From: Azolla caroliniana
Taxonomy: Eukaryota > Plantae > Polypodiophyta
Assembly (NCBI GenBank): GCA_043228905.1
Contig: JBHGNT010000004.1
Coordinates: forward strand, 7,440,001-7,504,000
Length of the DNA stretch: 64,000 nt
Direction of reading: 5' to 3'
The notes beneath the pieces are model-generated. The model did no database searches, had not been told where the DNA came from, and saw only the letters and a list, made by a program, of their open reading frames with translations. Positions within the stretch are counted from its first letter, which is position 1. Each line of letters begins with the position of its first letter. The translations under genes and the position numbers were made by a program. Positions 62,973 through 64,000 of the stretch are shown here, in pieces.

Positions 62973-64000
62973 TGTCGTGAAAATCCGTCAATATGTGCGG
63001 ATCGTGAGACGGAACCGCCGGGATTCTGGACTAGAAGGATTTAGAGCAACATGTACAACACAAGCAAGTTTTAAGCATAAGATAAGTGAGAGAGACAAAT
63101 CATTAGTTTATAACAAAAGAAAATCAATTTTTTGTAATTTCAGAATCGTGTTACAATAGGTTGGATATGGAAATGAGAGATTAATTTTTCAAAGAAAGGA
63201 ACCAACAACCATGCAAGGAGTGGTCCGATATGAATACGAGAGATAATTTTTGACAAGAAAGATCAAGTAAACAAAGCTAGGAGTTTGATATCAATATGTG
63301 AGATAATTTGTTTCTTAAATCCGAGAGGGAAGAAGAAAAGATGAGGGAAAAAAAAAACTAGGAGGGAAAAAAATGAGACATATATCGAGCTCCTCATTGA
63401 TCCTCCTCCCCAATGTTACTTTGCATCCCCACTTTTAGTTGGATGGCCTCTAGTTTTAGTTGCATGGCCTCTGCTTTTAGTTGCATGCTTCCATTTTTAG
63501 ATGCATGCCTTTTACTTTTAGTTGCATGGCCTTGGCTTTTGGTTGCATGCGATTGTCCGTATAATTCGGCCAAATGACACAATCATCCATAAAGTTTAGC
63601 CCGTACGCAATCCGTACATGTGTCGCAACCAAACCGTAGACGCGTCCGCGTGCAAAAGTCTTGACCGCGTAGTAGTGTACGCATCCACGGATGCGCGCAT
63701 CCCGACCGCACCGTAGTGTACGCATCCACGCATGCGCGCGTCCCGACCGCGCCGTAGTGTACGCATCCACGCATGCGTACACACGCGTCCGTCCGAAACG
63801 TGTACACATCCACGCACAAAAGTCTCGACCGCGCCGTAGTGTACGCATCCACGCATGCGCACACACGCGTCCGTCCGAAACATCCACGTATACGCGTGTG
63901 CGCACACACGCGTTCGCACGCTCGTCTGCACATACGCGTCCATCTGAAACGTGCACGCGTACATCTGTAGACGTCCATGCGTGCGTACATCCGAAAACAA
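62973..64000 (+). mobile_element. Start of insertion O (probable LTR with an A/G-type terminus) inside the 3' LTR of M
   Basis: Homology to the M 5' LTR stops exactly where TGTCGTGAA begins, the same terminal 9-mer as in the A and G LTRs. Confidence 0.6.
63415..64000. repeat. Two minisatellite tracts in O
   Basis: TTTTAGTTGCATGGCCT-type ~21-bp units at 63415-63550; GTAGTGTACGCATCCACGCATGCG-type units at 63600-64000. Confidence 0.88.

Noticed and set aside
63477-64000. Cys/Arg/Val-rich ORFs at the window end
   Set aside because: They are translations of a minisatellite and are open in several frames.

Overview
Plant (eukaryotic) heterochromatin-type DNA made almost entirely of nested, decayed LTR retrotransposons. 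I found no intact host gene, rRNA, tRNA or CRISPR array. Plant origin is supported by tRNA-iMet PBSs (TGGTATCAGAGC), Tnt1/Tto1-like copia proteins and Arabidopsis-type (TTTAGGG)n repeats; a non-seed plant such as a fern is my guess only. About 14 elements or fragments were resolved and lettered. A is a gypsy element (1-6754, -). Copia F (-) is split by copia C (+), which is split by copia D (-) and E (-). K is a gypsy-associated extra-ORF region (-) split by G (-, which carries the copia chimera H and copia I) and by copia J (-). A 189-bp satellite array lies at 47881-50022. Copia L (-) is split by copia M (+), which is split by chromovirus N (+) and by the start of element O. The most notable signals are: telomeric-repeat filler replacing 343 bp of an LTR, plus a second telomeric insertion; a copia lineage carrying two PPT-like tracts around a variable 3' module; a reconstructed ~800-codon extra ORF lying antisense to a tRNA-Arg PBS; a gypsy element with fungal-like RT motifs and a candidate -1 frameshift site; and a chromovirus with TG..TA LTRs and a 56-bp hairpin array. 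All alignments were done by eye, so boundaries marked ~ are approximate.
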